Shown here: positions 24,777 to 24,983 of the stretch, in pieces | Layout: every line of letters begins with the position of its first letter | How positions within the stretch are numbered: the first letter of the stretch is position 1 | Assembly: GCA_003455565.1 (NCBI GenBank) | Contig: DMQW01000461.1 | Coordinates: 1 to 24,983, forward strand | Length of the DNA: 24,983 nucleotides | DNA from: Limisphaerales bacterium | Lineage (GTDB): Bacteria > Verrucomicrobiota > Verrucomicrobiia > Limisphaerales > UBA11358 | Direction: 5' to 3' | Notes under the pieces: model-generated | The model's database searches: none | What the model saw: the letters and a program-made list of their open reading frames with translations, nothing else | What the model was told of the DNA's origin: nothing | Translations under genes and position numbers: made by a program

Positions 24777-24983
24777 TTAAAATCCGTTGGTGATGGTGGA
24801 GATCTGGTTGAAGTAGCCGGTGTAAAACTGGATGATTTTGTAGCCGATGATGCAGGCGACGAGGCCGTAGATGAGGCGGGGCGTCCATTGCGCGAAGTCC
24901 TGAAGTTTGCGCGTGCCTTCTTCGTTGTAGTAGCGGTGCAGACGATGGAGCGCGTCGTCGAGCTTGCCGCTGATTTCGCCGCT
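24777..24983 (-). CDS. C-terminal 68 aa of a type II secretion F / PilC-family membrane protein (5' partial)
   Basis: Not in the ORF track. Manual translation SGEISGKLDDALHRLHRYYNEEGTRKLQDFAQWTPRLIYGLVACIIGYKIIQFYTGYFNQISTITNGF*. Matches the GExSGxLD...YY motif followed by a TM segment. Confidence 0.8.
   Translation of the reverse strand, partial: SGEISGKLDDALHRLHRYYNEEGTRKLQDFAQWTPRLIYGLVACIIGYKIIQFYTGYFNQISTITNGF

Overview
A gene-dense bacterial chromosomal window, roughly 55-60% GC by eye. It probably comes from Verrucomicrobiota; this is inferred from the repeat types and a C-terminal FFRL domain and is not proven. Left to right it holds: a partial class-III aminotransferase, queE, a secreted S8 subtilase, thiD, polX-PHP, a polysaccharide export module (outer-membrane beta-barrel, Wzc, short OPX) followed by an FHA gene, purH, a TolC / HlyD / ABC-2 efflux locus, a conserved hypothetical, an opgG(D)-orf-opgH periplasmic glucan operon, an AbrB-VapC toxin-antitoxin pair, a class-V PLP enzyme and a partial GspF/PilC gene. 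I found no rRNA, tRNA, CRISPR array, riboswitch or transposase. The most unusual signal is non-genic. Several families of palindromic and short tandem repeats sit between and inside genes without breaking frames, including a 147-nt four-hairpin element translated in-frame inside QueE. Two insertions sit exactly at ATGA stop/start junctions of the efflux operon. Other points of interest are a Glu-His-Ser subtilase with a candidate C-terminal sorting domain, a likely composite OPX/beta-barrel translocon with a coupled degenerate FHA gene, a possible split OpgH N-terminal domain, and repeated leaderless-type promoters. All family assignments come from motif recognition; no database search was run.
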